DNA from: an uncultured delta proteobacterium
GTDB lineage: Bacteria; Myxococcota; UBA727; VGSZ01
Direction of reading: 5' to 3'
Length of the DNA stretch: 64,000 nt
NCBI GenBank assembly: GCA_963775425.1
Contig: CAVZJB010000011.1
Span: 736,001-800,000, forward strand
A model generated the notes under the pieces. That model made no database searches. It saw only the letters and a list, made by a program, of their open reading frames with translations, and was not told where the DNA came from. Each line of letters opens with the position of its first letter. Within the stretch, counting starts at the first letter, position 1. Positions 51,632-61,056 of the stretch are shown piece by piece. The position numbers and the translations under genes are program-made.

Positions 51632-52075
51632 GTGATCCCTCCAGCGCGCGTCTTGTTCGTCGACGACGAGGAGCCCATCCTCCGCGCGCTGGACCGTGCG
51701 CTGCGCGGCGGGCCCCACGCGCTCTTCTTCACCAGCGATCCGCTCGCGGCCGGCGACATCGTCGAGCGCGAGGCCATCGACGTCCTCGTCTGCGACGTCG
51801 TGATGCCCGGCAAGAGCGGCCTCGCCGTCATGGCCGACGTCGCCGCCGCGCGCCCCGACGTCTTTCGCATCATGATGACGGCGAGCACCGAGCGCGAGGT
51901 CGTCATCCGCGCCATCAACGAGGCGCACGTCGACAGGCTGCTCGAGAAGCCGTGGCGCCTCGCCGACCTCAAGGAGGTCCTCGACGAGGCGGTCGCGATC
52001 GTGCGGCTCAAGCGCGTGCAGAAGAGCGCCGAGCCCGACCCCGTCGAGGCCATCCGCGCCTTCGGCAAGCGGTGA
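51632..52075 (+). CDS. Single-domain response regulator
   Basis: VLFVDDE, CDVVMPG, MMTA, EKPW; TATGAT-N6-GTG. Confidence 0.9.
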   Translation: MIPPARVLFVDDEEPILRALDRALRGGPHALFFTSDPLAAGDIVEREAIDVLVCDVVMPGKSGLAVMADVAAARPDVFRIMMTASTEREVVIRAINEAHVDRLLEKPWRLADLKEVLDEAVAIVRLKRVQKSAEPDPVEAIRAFGKR

Positions 52076-52082
52076 TCGGCAC

Positions 52083-52110
52083 GTAGGGCGCGCCCCTTGC
52101 GGGGCGCGTC
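52083..52110 (+). repeat. GTAG-type REP element (solo)
   Basis: GTAGGGCGCGCCCC-TTGC-GGGGCGCGTC; closely similar to the reverse complement of 61121-61147. Confidence 0.65.
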
Positions 52111-52156
52111 GGTGGGCGACGTCGACGTCCACGGCGGCCGTACGCGTCACCCGACG

Positions 52157-52183
52157 AAAACGGCTCCCTCGTCGGGAGCCGTT
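52157..52183 (-). terminator. Intrinsic terminator after tRNA-Ser
   Basis: Minus strand AACGGCTCCC-GACGA-GGGAGCCGTTTT. Confidence 0.75.
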
Positions 52184-52206
52184 CACGTCGCGCCTGGCGC
52201 GCTATC

Positions 52207-52296
52207 TGGCGGAGCGAGAGGGATTCGAACCCTCGATAGAGTTACCCCTATACAGATTTAGCAAACCTGCGCCTTCAGCCACTCGGCCATCGCTCC
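52207..52296 (-). tRNA. tRNA-Ser(GCT)
   Basis: GGAGCGATGGCCGAGTGG...CAGGTTT-GCT-AAATCTG, long variable arm, GGTTCGAATCC, encoded CCA; 90 nt. Confidence 0.97.
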
Positions 52297-52326
52297 GTAC
52301 GCCATGGTTTTGTCTCCTGCGCTGTT

Positions 52327-52354
52327 TCTCTAGCACGCGCCGGGGCGCCGTCAA
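52327..52354 (-). promoter_or_regulatory. Possible tRNA-Ser promoter
   Basis: TTGACG-16 nt-TAGAGA with an extended TG; the -10 element is imperfect. Confidence 0.35.
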
Positions 52355-52411
52355 ACCGCCGCGGCGCCGCCGTCGACGACGGTTCCAGCTCCGCCGCGGC
52401 GCGCGTCGCGG

Positions 52412-53062
52412 TCAGGGGATGGCGCGCAGCAGATCAAACGTCGTGATCACGCCGACGATGCGGCCGGCAGCGGAGATCACCGGGGCGCGGTGGATGCCGG
52501 CGGCGGCGAACACCTCGGCGGCGCGCGCGATGGGCTCCTCCTCGCGCAGGACGCAGCCGATGGGGCTCATGACGTCGGCGGCGGTGACCGCGCGCGGCGC
52601 CTCAGCCATCGTGGGATCGAAGCTGTCGAGCTCGCCGCGGCGCAGGCGCCCCTCGGCGTAGGCCTTCACGACGTCGCTCTTGGAGACGACCCCGATGGGC
52701 TTGTCCTCGTCGTCGACCACGGGCAGCCCGCCCATGCGCCGCTCGAGGAAGATGGGCACGAGGTCCTCGAGGGGGACGTCGGGCTTTACGCAGATCACGT
52801 CGCGGCTCATCAGCGCGCCGACGGTGCCGGGCGCCGCCTCGACGGGGTCGGCGTCGCGGTCGACCACGCAGAGCATGCGTCGGGCGCCGCCCGACGGATC
52901 GGGCACGGGGGCCCGCAGGTACGGGCAGCCGGCGCAGACGTCGAGCTCGACGGCCTCGTGCCGGCGGGGGCAGCCGGCGACGCCCCGGTGCTGCCGCCGG
53001 GCGTCGCCCGCCACGGTGGTGATGCGGTGGATGGTCGTCGGGGCCGTCTTCTCGTCGAGCAT
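52412..53062 (-). CDS. CBS-pair protein with N-terminal Cys cluster
   Basis: Two CBS repeats (VGALMSRDV...GLPVVD...IGVVSKSD; AADVMSP...VGVITTFD); N-terminal CPRR...CAGCPY...C. Confidence 0.85.
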   Translation of the reverse strand: MLDEKTAPTTIHRITTVAGDARRQHRGVAGCPRRHEAVELDVCAGCPYLRAPVPDPSGGARRMLCVVDRDADPVEAAPGTVGALMSRDVICVKPDVPLEDLVPIFLERRMGGLPVVDDEDKPIGVVSKSDVVKAYAEGRLRRGELDSFDPTMAEAPRAVTAADVMSPIGCVLREEEPIARAAEVFAAAGIHRAPVISAAGRIVGVITTFDLLRAIP

Positions 53063-53237
53063 GGCGCCCTGATCAAAGCAACCGACGTGCCCGGCGCAGG
53101 CGCCGCGGGGCGCGCCCGGGCCGGAGAACCCCGTGTGCTTTGCCCGCGCCAGCGTGGAAAATGGCACAGGGCGGGGGCGCGCCCGGCCACGCGTGCGCGC
53201 GGGTGAGGTGGCCCGGGGCGTGCATTTCGGCCCAGCG

Positions 53238-54593
53238 ATGTCGAACCGCCAAGACCTCCTCGCCCGCTACGGCACGGCCGCGGTGCCTCGCTACACCAGC
53301 TACCCCTCGGCCAACACCTGGCCCACCCACGACGAGGGCTTCGCCAGAGGCGTCCTCGCCCGGGCGACGCGGCCGCTGTCGCTCTACGTGCACGTGCCGT
53401 TCTGCCGGAAGCTGTGCTTCTACTGCGGCTGCAACATGATGGTGACGCAGGACGAGGACCTCGTGGAGCGCTACCTGCGCGCGCTCGACGTCGAGGTCGA
53501 GCGCACAGCCCGCGTCGTGCCGTCCCGTGACGTCGTCCAGCTTCACCTCGGCGGGGGCACGCCCACGTACCTCGACGTCGGGCAGCTCACGCGCGTGATG
53601 ACGTCGCTGAAGTCGCGCTTCCACTTCGCCGACGACGTCGAGGCCGGCATCGAGGTGCACCCGGCGGTGACCACGCTCGATCAGATCGACGCCCTCGGCG
53701 CCCTGGGCTTCAACCGCCTCTCGCTCGGCGTGCAGGACTTCGACCCGGACGTGCAGGCCCGCGTGAACCGCATCCAGCCCTTCGAGCACACGCGCGACGT
53801 CGTCGAGCGCGCCCGCGCCGCCGGCTTCGTCAGCGTGAACATCGATCTCATGTACGGCCTGCCGCTGCAGACGCCCGAGCGCTTCGAAAAGACCCTGGAC
53901 CAGGTGCTCGAGCTGTCGCCCGACCGCATCGCGCTGTTCGGCTACGCGCACATGCCCAAGCTCAAGAAGCACCAAGGGCTGATCGTCGTCGACGAGCTGC
54001 CGGGACCGGAGGGGCGCCTGGCGCTGTTGTCGGGGACCATCGAGAGCTTGCTCGCCGCCGGCTACGACTACGTCGGCCTCGATCACTTCGCCAAGAAGGA
54101 CGACGAGCTGTCCCGCGCCCGCCGCGCAGGGACGCTCCGGCGGAACTTCATGGGCTACACCACCTGCGCCGAGAGCGACGTCGTCGCCTTCGGCCCCTCC
54201 GCGATCTCCGAGGTGGGCGGCGCCTTCCTCCAGAACGAGCGCGGCGTGCGCGAGTGGGCCGCGCTCCTCGAGGGCGGCGCGCTGCCCACCGTGCGCGGCT
54301 ACGCCCCCACGGCCGACGACGACCTGCGCCGCGACCTCATCCAGCAGCTCTTCTGCCGGCTGGACGTCGACACCGACGCATTCTCTCGCGCCCACCAGCT
54401 CGACTTCGACACCGCGTTTTCGTCCGAGCTATCGGCGCTGTCGGCGCTCGAGGCCGACGGGCTCGTCGAGCGCTCGCCCGGCCACCTGCGGGTGACGCAG
54501 GAGGGACAGCTCTTCCTGAGGAACGTCGCCGCCGTCTTCGACGCCTTCCTCACGGGGAAGGAGGGGCCGCGGCAGCACTCGACCGCGGTCTGA
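53238..54593 (+). CDS. hemN: Oxygen-independent coproporphyrinogen III oxidase
   Basis: PRYTSYP, YVHVPFCRKLCFYCGC, GGGTP, GVQDF, VNRIQ, DLMYGLP, GLDHFA, LRRNFMGY. Confidence 0.95.
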   Translation: MSNRQDLLARYGTAAVPRYTSYPSANTWPTHDEGFARGVLARATRPLSLYVHVPFCRKLCFYCGCNMMVTQDEDLVERYLRALDVEVERTARVVPSRDVVQLHLGGGTPTYLDVGQLTRVMTSLKSRFHFADDVEAGIEVHPAVTTLDQIDALGALGFNRLSLGVQDFDPDVQARVNRIQPFEHTRDVVERARAAGFVSVNIDLMYGLPLQTPERFEKTLDQVLELSPDRIALFGYAHMPKLKKHQGLIVVDELPGPEGRLALLSGTIESLLAAGYDYVGLDHFAKKDDELSRARRAGTLRRNFMGYTTCAESDVVAFGPSAISEVGGAFLQNERGVREWAALLEGGALPTVRGYAPTADDDLRRDLIQQLFCRLDVDTDAFSRAHQLDFDTAFSSELSALSALEADGLVERSPGHLRVTQEGQLFLRNVAAVFDAFLTGKEGPRQHSTAV

Positions 54594-54840
54594 AAGGCTG
54601 ACGAAAAACAAGGCTCGTAGCAGCACTCGGCGAAGCCGCCCACAAGGTGGCTCGCCGCGCGGAGTACGTGGCGAGGCACGTCGGCGCGCAAGAACCGCTG
54701 CAGGTTGTGAGGAAACGACGGGTCCGAGCGGTGTTGTGATCCCGCTATCAGCGCACGTGGCGGGTTCGTGTCCCGCGGCGATCGAGCTCCTTGACGTCGT
54801 CGCGGTTGAAGTGGTTCGCGCGACGGCGGTCTGAGCGGAG

Positions 54841-54870
54841 AAAAAGAAGCGGGCCGCCAGGGCCCGCTTC
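54841..54870 (-). terminator. Intrinsic terminator of the upstream lipoprotein gene
   Basis: Minus strand GAAGCGGGCC-5 nt-GGCCCGCTTC followed by TTTTT. Confidence 0.8.
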
Positions 54871-54901
54871 GGTCAGAGATCGAGATGTGGCGAGGCGCTC
54901 T

Positions 54902-55477
54902 TCAGCCCCGCGAGTCGAGCACGAAGGTCGTGTCGGAGGTCTCGGTCTGGTCCGTGACGTCGCCCGTGGCCGGGTCGATCGTCGCGGTCGCCGTGTGGAA
55001 CTGGTACTGGCGGCCGTTGGGCGTGTCCTGCACGGTCGCGGTGACGTGGTCCACGGGCCTGTCGTAGTCGATGGACGCGCTGTCGGTGCCGGAGCAGACA
55101 TTCATGCTCACCGGCGCGGCGTCGAGGGAGTTGGGGTCGTAGTCATACTGGTGGGCGCCGACCTCGAGGTTCTCGAGGGTGATGCCGTTGGTCCAGATGA
55201 TGACCATGCCGGTGCCGCGGGTCTGCTCGGAGCGCGCCACGGTGACCGTGGAGGTGCGCCACTCGGGATCCGAGGAGCCCTGCATGTCCGTGGCGTTGCC
55301 GTCGAAGCCCGTGCGCGGGCCGAAGTCACCCTTCAGGGTGCCGTCCGCGAGGCCGATGTTGCTCTGGGGTCCACCCCCGAAGCTCGCGTTCTGCGTCGGG
55401 TCCATGTAGACGCGCTCGTTCATGCAACCGGTGGCGGCCACCGCTGCGACGGCGAGGATGGGGAGAACGTACTTCAT
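54902..55477 (-). CDS. Hypothetical lipoprotein
   Basis: MKYVLPILAVAAVAATGC lipobox; AAGGAAGGA RBS; own terminator. Confidence 0.85.
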   Translation of the reverse strand: MKYVLPILAVAAVAATGCMNERVYMDPTQNASFGGGPQSNIGLADGTLKGDFGPRTGFDGNATDMQGSSDPEWRTSTVTVARSEQTRGTGMVIIWTNGITLENLEVGAHQYDYDPNSLDAAPVSMNVCSGTDSASIDYDRPVDHVTATVQDTPNGRQYQFHTATATIDPATGDVTDQTETSDTTFVLDSRG

Positions 55478-55533
55478 GGTTCCTTCCTTCTCTGCTTTCT
55501 CGGCTGCTGTCTGAACGGGCTTTCTCTCTCTCT

Positions 55534-55594
55534 GACCGTCACCTCACGGCGACAGTCCTATTGTGAGTCCGCGGACGCGCCGCTGCAACTCACA
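55534..55594 (-). promoter_or_regulatory. Putative promoter with flanking inverted repeat and 5' hairpin
   Basis: TTGCAG-17 nt-CACAAT; TGTGAGT...ACTCACA inverted repeat; hairpin GACTGTCGCC-GTGA-GGTGACGGTC. Confidence 0.45.
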
Positions 55595-55784
55595 GGGATC
55601 ATCCATCCGTCCGAGGTGGGCCTATGCCACCAGCGCCGCCGAAATTCGCGACAGTTGGCGGACTTGCGCCGTCGACGTCGACTGTGCGGACTGTCTCTTG
55701 ACGTCGGGGCGCTCTGTCGCCGTGGGCGCGGGCGCGCGATCTGTCGAGGAAAGCGGTCCGATCGACGCCGGGGCGAGGCCCCGC

Positions 55785-58631
55785 CTACTTCTTCTTGGCA
55801 GGCGCCTTCGCCTTCTTCTTCTTGGCCGGCGGCGCCTTCTTCTTCGTGGAAGCGGCCTTCTTCTTGGCGGCCGCCTTGGGCGCAGGGGAGGCCTTCTTGG
55901 GCGGCACCGGGCGGCGGCCTCGGCGGCCGCGGCCAGCGGCCTTGGGCGCGCGCGGATCGATGCCTTGCTCCCGGAGGCGCTGCTCGCGCTGCGCGATGAG
56001 CTCGAGGGCGTCGTCGCGCGAGAGCTTCTGGGGATTGCGGGCCGTGGGGATGGTGGCGTTGACCACGCCGTCGGTGACGTAGGCGCCGAAGCGGCCCATG
56101 CGGACCGTGATGGGCTGCTTGGTGACGGGGCTGTCGCCGAGCGACGCCAGCGGCGCCGCCGCCTGCTGCCGTCCCCGCGGCTGGCGCGGCTGGGCGAGGA
56201 GGGCCAACGCCTCCTCGAGGGTGAGCGACGTCATCTGCTCGCGCGACTGCAGCGAGCGGGACTCCTTGACGCCGTCGCCGAGCATCTGGACGTAGGGGCC
56301 GAACTTGCCGTCGTGGACGGCGACGTCGAGGCCGGTCTCCGGGTGCTTGCCGAGCACCTTGGGGAAGGAGAGGACCGCGAGCGCTTCGTCGAGCGACAGC
56401 TCCTTGACCGTCATGCCCGGCCACAAGGACGCCATGCGCGGCTTTTCGCCCTTGGGCTTGCCCTTGTCGTTCAGCTCGAGCTCGCCGAGCTGGACGTAGG
56501 GCCCGAAGCGTCCGGCCTTCACGTAGATCGCCTTGCCCGTGGCCGGGTCCTTGCCGATCTCGCGGTTGGCGTCGGCGGCCTGCGCCAGGAGCTCGAGGGC
56601 CTTGTCGACGTTGAGCTCGTCGGGGGCGGTGTCCTCGGGGATGTTGGCGCGGCGGTCGCTGTCGGCGATCTGGACGTAGGGCCCGTAGCGGCCGACGCGG
56701 GCGGCGACGAGCTCGCCGCCTTTCGTCTTGCCGAGGGGCATTTCGCAGATGAGGCGCGGGTCGATGTCGTCGATGCCACCGGTGACCTTGCCCTTGAGCC
56801 CCACCTGGTCGAGCGTCGCGTCCTTGCCCGCGGGCGCGGCGCCCGCCTTGTGATCACCGAAGTAGAAGTGCTCGAGCCAGGGCGTGGCCTTCTTCTCGCC
56901 CTCGCTGATGGCGTCGAGATCCGCCTCCATGGAGGCGGTGAAGGCGTAGTCCACGAGCTCCTTGAAGTGCTGCTCGAGCAGGTTCACCACCGCGAAGGCG
57001 GTGAAGGTGGGGACGAGCGCGCTGCCCTTCTTGAAGACGTAGCCGCGGTCCTGGATGGTGCCGATGATGCTGGCGTACGTCGACGGGCGGCCGATGCCCC
57101 GCTCCTCGAGCTCCTTCACGAGCGACGCTTCCGTGAACCGCGCCGGCGGCTGGGTCTGGTGGCCTTCGGCGGCGATCTCCCTGGCGGTGAGCACCTGGCC
57201 TTCGGCGAGCGGCGGCAGCACCCGCTCCTGGTTGTCGAGCTCGGCCTCGGGATCGTCGCTGCCCTCGACGTAGGCGCGCAGGAAGCCGGGGAAGTGGATG
57301 ACCTTGCCGGAGACCTGCGCGATCACCTCGGTGCTCTCACCCGTGGGGGTCGCCTTGAAGCGCACCTGGGTGCGCTCGCCGGAGGCGTCCTTCATCTGTG
57401 ACGCGACGGTGCGCTTCCAGATGAGGTCGTACAGGCGCCACTGATCCTCGTCGAGCTCGCCCTTCACGCTCTCGGGCGTGCGGAAGCTCTCGCCGGCGGG
57501 CCGGATGGCCTCGTGGGCCTCCTGCGCGCCCTTCGCCTGCTTGGTGTAGCGGCGCGGCTCCGCAGGCACGTAGTCCTTGCCGTACAGCTCCTCGATCTGC
57601 GCGCGGGCGGCGTCGATGGCCTGCTGCGACAGCGTGGTGGAGTCCGTGCGCATGTACGTGATGTAGCCGGCCTCGTAGAGCCGCTGCGCGTTGCGCATGG
57701 TGCGCTGCGCGGTGAAGCGAAGCTTCTTGTTCGCCTCCATCTGCAGCGACGACGTGATGAACGGCGCGTAGGGCCGCTCGGTGAACGGCTTCTTGGTGAC
57801 CGCGTCGACCTTGAAGGGCTGTCCCTTCAAGCGCTCGGCGAGCTCCCTGGCGCGGGCGCCGTCGAGCAGGAAGGCCTTGGCGTCCTCCGCGAGCTTGCCC
57901 GTGTTGGGATCGAAGTCCTTGCCGACGGCGATGCGCCGGCCGTCGACCTCGACGACGTTGGCCGTCAGGGCCACCGGCGGCGCGTCCGCCGCGAGCGAGG
58001 CCGCGAGGGACCAGTACTCACCGCTCTTGAACGCGATGCGCAGCCGCTCGCGCTCCACGATCAGGCGCGTGGCCACCGACTGCACGCGGCCGGCGGAGAG
58101 GCGCGGCGCGACCTTGCGCCAGAGGATGGGCGAGACCTCGTAGCCGTAGAGGCGGTCGAGGATGCGGCGGGCCTCCTGCGCGTCCACCAGCTTGTCGTCG
58201 ATGTCGCGGGGCTCCTTGAGCGCCTGCTTGATCGCCTTCTCGGTGATCTCGTGGAACACCATGCGCTTGGTGGGCACCTTGGGGTTCAAGACCTCCTTCA
58301 GGTGCCACGCGATGGCCTCGCCTTCGCGATCCTCGTCGGTGGCGAGGTAGAGGGTGTCGGCGTTCTCCAGCAGGTCCTTGAGCTTCTTGACCTGGGCCTT
58401 CTTCTCCGCGGGCACGATGTACAGCGGCTTGAAGCCGTTTTCGATGTCTACGCCCGTGCGGCGCCACGGCTTCTTCTTGTACGCCGGCGGAATTTCGTCC
58501 GCGCTCGAAGGCAGATCACGGATGTGACCGATCGAGGACTCGACGACGTAGTCCTTGCCCAGATACTTCGCGATCGTCTTCGCCTTCGCGGGCGACTCGA
58601 CGATGATGAGGCTCTTGCTCACTCTCGACAC
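55785..58631 (-). CDS. topA: DNA topoisomerase I
   Basis: IVESPAKAKTI, ATDEDREGEAI, SAGRVQS, GYITYMRTDS, QEAHEAIRP, GIGRPSTY; GRFGPY C-terminal repeats and a Lys/Ala tail. Confidence 0.98.
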   Translation of the reverse strand: MSRVSKSLIIVESPAKAKTIAKYLGKDYVVESSIGHIRDLPSSADEIPPAYKKKPWRRTGVDIENGFKPLYIVPAEKKAQVKKLKDLLENADTLYLATDEDREGEAIAWHLKEVLNPKVPTKRMVFHEITEKAIKQALKEPRDIDDKLVDAQEARRILDRLYGYEVSPILWRKVAPRLSAGRVQSVATRLIVERERLRIAFKSGEYWSLAASLAADAPPVALTANVVEVDGRRIAVGKDFDPNTGKLAEDAKAFLLDGARARELAERLKGQPFKVDAVTKKPFTERPYAPFITSSLQMEANKKLRFTAQRTMRNAQRLYEAGYITYMRTDSTTLSQQAIDAARAQIEELYGKDYVPAEPRRYTKQAKGAQEAHEAIRPAGESFRTPESVKGELDEDQWRLYDLIWKRTVASQMKDASGERTQVRFKATPTGESTEVIAQVSGKVIHFPGFLRAYVEGSDDPEAELDNQERVLPPLAEGQVLTAREIAAEGHQTQPPARFTEASLVKELEERGIGRPSTYASIIGTIQDRGYVFKKGSALVPTFTAFAVVNLLEQHFKELVDYAFTASMEADLDAISEGEKKATPWLEHFYFGDHKAGAAPAGKDATLDQVGLKGKVTGGIDDIDPRLICEMPLGKTKGGELVAARVGRYGPYVQIADSDRRANIPEDTAPDELNVDKALELLAQAADANREIGKDPATGKAIYVKAGRFGPYVQLGELELNDKGKPKGEKPRMASLWPGMTVKELSLDEALAVLSFPKVLGKHPETGLDVAVHDGKFGPYVQMLGDGVKESRSLQSREQMTSLTLEEALALLAQPRQPRGRQQAAAPLASLGDSPVTKQPITVRMGRFGAYVTDGVVNATIPTARNPQKLSRDDALELIAQREQRLREQGIDPRAPKAAGRGRRGRRPVPPKKASPAPKAAAKKKAASTKKKAPPAKKKKAKAPAKKK

Positions 58632-58747
58632 CTTCGCGCTGCCGCTTTCGACCGTCCGGATCGGGTGCTCCTAGCGGAGACCGGACCGCAATGCGAGATA
58701 TTTCTTCGCGCGCACGGATCCACGGCGCGCCCGCCAATGCCCGCCCG

Positions 58748-59810
58748 ATGACCTTTCCGAGCGCTCTCCTCGTCGTGATCGCGGCGCAATCGCCCGCGCC
58801 TCTTCCTCCCCCCGTGACCTGGGATGACGTCCCGGACGAGCTGGAGAGAGCGGCCTCCGGAGGGCTCGACGCCTGTGAGGCCGCGAGCCTCCCGCTCTCG
58901 CTCGTGCCCGGCGTCGGCGGCGCCGTCGGCACGGTGAGCGAGTGGCTGTGCCTGGTGCCGGCCGCCGTCGCCGTCGACACCGTGGCCATCCACTTCGGTC
59001 AGCGCGACGCGAACACCTGGCAGGCGGGCGTGGCGCTCGTGGGCCAGAAGCTCTTCGAGGATTCTGATCGACACGCCGCTCGACCTCGCCATCGGCTTCG
59101 CCGCCGTCAGCGGCGTCGCCGCGCTCGTGGGCAGCGCGCTGCTCGCGATGTACGTCGTGCCGGGCTTTCCGATCTTCCTGCCGACGCTCCTGGCCATCGG
59201 CATAGGGACCTTCGCCATCGCGCCGGTGGCCTTCGTGAAGCACAAGGGCGGCGAGTGGATCTTCCAGGCGCTGATGATGTCGCTCACCAGGCGCCTCACC
59301 GGCGACGACCTCGACGAGCACCGGCGCGCCGCCCTCGTGCAGCCCGGCGCCGTCCCGGGCTGGGCCCGGCCGTACGCGTTGATGGCGACGGCGGCGGGGA
59401 GCGAAGCGGAGGACGAGCCCGCCTTCTTCATTCCCGTCGCGGGGCCGCTGTTCAAGGCCGCCGGCGAGGCCGCGGTGGAAAAGGCCCGGATGCGCCGGGT
59501 GGGCAGGGACCTGCTGCACGACGCGCCCGGGCGCGATCTGTCGACGATGGACGCCACCGTCGACGCCATCGCGGGCGTGAAGGGCGTGACCGGCGCCGTC
59601 GGGCAGGGGCTCGCGCTCGCGGGCCTCGGCGTCGGCGTCGCGGGCGCGGTGATGCCGCCCTTGAAGTGGAGCGATCAAAAGACCGGCGACACCGTCGGCT
59701 TCGTCGGCCTCGGCATCGCGCTTGCCGGGCTCGGCGTCTACGCCCTGTCGACGTCGCTGGACACGGTGAAGACCCTCGCTGTCCCATGCGCCTACGGGTG
59801 CTTGGAGTGA
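58748..59810 (+). pseudogene. Exported/membrane hypothetical protein with a frameshift at ~59063
   Basis: MTFPSALLVVIAAQ...KLFED continues in the +1 frame as LIDTPLDLAIGFAAVSG... to the stop at 59810. Confidence 0.6.
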
Positions 59811-60012
59811 CCCGCGCTCGGATGAGGGAGCGGCCGCGCCGGCGGGTCAGCGCGGCGCGAGCGTGAAGCCCACGCGGTCGATGCGCGGATGGAACGAAGG
59901 CAGATCGCGCTCGAGGCCGGGCTGCACCGGGAACGCGCCGCCGTCGGCCTGGGGCAGCGCGCGCCTTCTGCCCGGCCGCGCGGGTCGTGCGCCAGGCCGC
60001 GCCTCGGAGAAG

Positions 60013-60044
60013 AAAAAGGCAGCACCGAACGTCTTGACGCCGCC
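60013..60044 (-). terminator. Possible minus-strand terminator just upstream of tRNA-Arg
   Basis: GGCGGCGUC-9 nt-GGUGCUGCC-UUUUU; three G-U pairs work only on the minus strand. Overlaps a plus-strand TTGACG. Confidence 0.35.
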
Positions 60045-60074
60045 CTCGTTCTCAAGGACAAGGGAACACCCTCT

Positions 60075-60151
60075 GCGCCCGTAGCTCAGCTGGATAGAGC
60101 ATCAGACTACGAATCTGAGGGTCGGGCGTTCGAATCGCTCCGGGCGCGCCA
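60075..60151 (+). tRNA. tRNA-Arg(ACG)
   Basis: GCGCCCGTAGCTCAGCTGGATAGAGC-ATCAGACT-ACG-AATCTGA...GTTCGAATC...CGGGCGCGCCA; 77 nt. Confidence 0.97.
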
Positions 60152-60295
60152 GTCGTTGCCCTTCGTCATCTCGGCAAGGATGGCGAAGGGCTTTTTCATT
60201 TCCCATCGCACCGTGACGCCGTCGAGCACCGGGTTCGAAAGCACCATTTCGAGCAGTTGACGCTTCTCCGAGGGCGTGCGCTGGTTCCACAACGG
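60107..60295 (-). pseudogene. C-terminal remnant of a large serine recombinase reading into tRNA-Arg
   Basis: LWNQRTPSEKRQLLEMVLSNPVLDGVTVRWEMKKPFAILAEM...WRARSDSN resembles the tail of tRNA-targeting recombinases; there is an in-frame stop a few codons upstream. Confidence 0.6.
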
Positions 60296-60422
60296 TCTCG
60301 CCCCAGACCTTCATCGCGACGTCGGCGACCTCCTCCTTCGGGCACTTGGCGCTCACGACGCGCGCGACGAGGTGCGCGTGGCGCACGAAGAAATCTTGGA
60401 AGGGTGTGTTGTCCTCGCTCAT
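60296..60422 (-). pseudogene. N-terminal fragment resembling ECF sigma factor region 2
   Basis: MSEDNTPFQDFFVRHAHLVARVVSAKCPKEEVADVAMKVW, then similarity is lost at the recombinase remnant. Confidence 0.4.
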
Positions 60423-60509
60423 GCCCGCGGGACTGCAGCGAGCTCGCCACCTCTATCGCACCGGGCGCGCGTTTCGAACCGTTCGCGACGTCGGCTACGT
60501 CGACGACCC

Positions 60510-60587
60510 GTAGGGCGGGGGCTCGTCCCCCGCCTTTTCCGTCGGCGGGCGCGCGGGGGGGATGCGGGGGACAAGCCCCCGCCCTAC
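60510..60587. repeat. REP doublet (REPIN-like) 1
   Basis: GTAGGGCGGGGGCTCGTCCCCCGCC ... GCGGGGGACAAGCCCCCGCCCTAC, in inverted orientation. Confidence 0.8.
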
Positions 60588-61056
60588 GCACCGCGGTTCG
60601 CAAATCGTCACACCCGGGCGCGCGTCTCGAACCCGTTGAGCCTGGGGGCGGTCTCGCTCCGATCTCCGCCGGCCGCGAGCCGCTTGCCGCCGGCCGCGGA
60701 TCCGATCCGGGCTGCCCTCGTGTCCCTCGTGTCCCTCGTGTCCTCGGCCAGGACCGCTGCGACCACTTCTGCGCCATGCTCTACAAGTTTCGCTGAGGCT
60801 CGGCGCGCGCGGCGGGGCTCGTCCTCGCCGCGCGTCGAGGTCCGATCTCCGCCGGCCGCGATCCGCTGGCCGCCGGCCGAGCGCCCGAGTCGATGTCGCT
60901 TCAGCGCACCTCGTGTTCTTCGTTCCTCGTTCCTCGTCTCCTCGATCTCTCGCGTCGCCCATCACCCGTCGCTGATCCTCCGCGGGGCCGTTTGAAAGTC
61001 GTCACACCGGGCGCGCGTTTCGAACCCGTTCGCGTCCTCGGCTACGTCGACGGCCC

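Noticed and set aside
52207-52296. Long tRNA as a possible tRNA-Sec or integration site
   Set aside because: Anticodon is GCT with a normal Ser variable arm; it is followed by its own terminator with no integrase.
53069-53082. FNR-like box near hemN
   Set aside because: Half-site spacing is wrong and both halves have mismatches.
54594-54840. Unassigned ~250-bp gap after hemN as an ncRNA or small gene
   Set aside because: Only short hairpins and no recognisable SRP, 6S, tmRNA or RNase P motifs; no convincing start codon. An Rfam scan would be needed.
59847-59965. Coding-like minus-strand fragment ALPQADGGAFPVQPGLERDLPSFHPRIDRVGFTLAPR*
   Set aside because: No start codon and too short to assign; at most a gene remnant.
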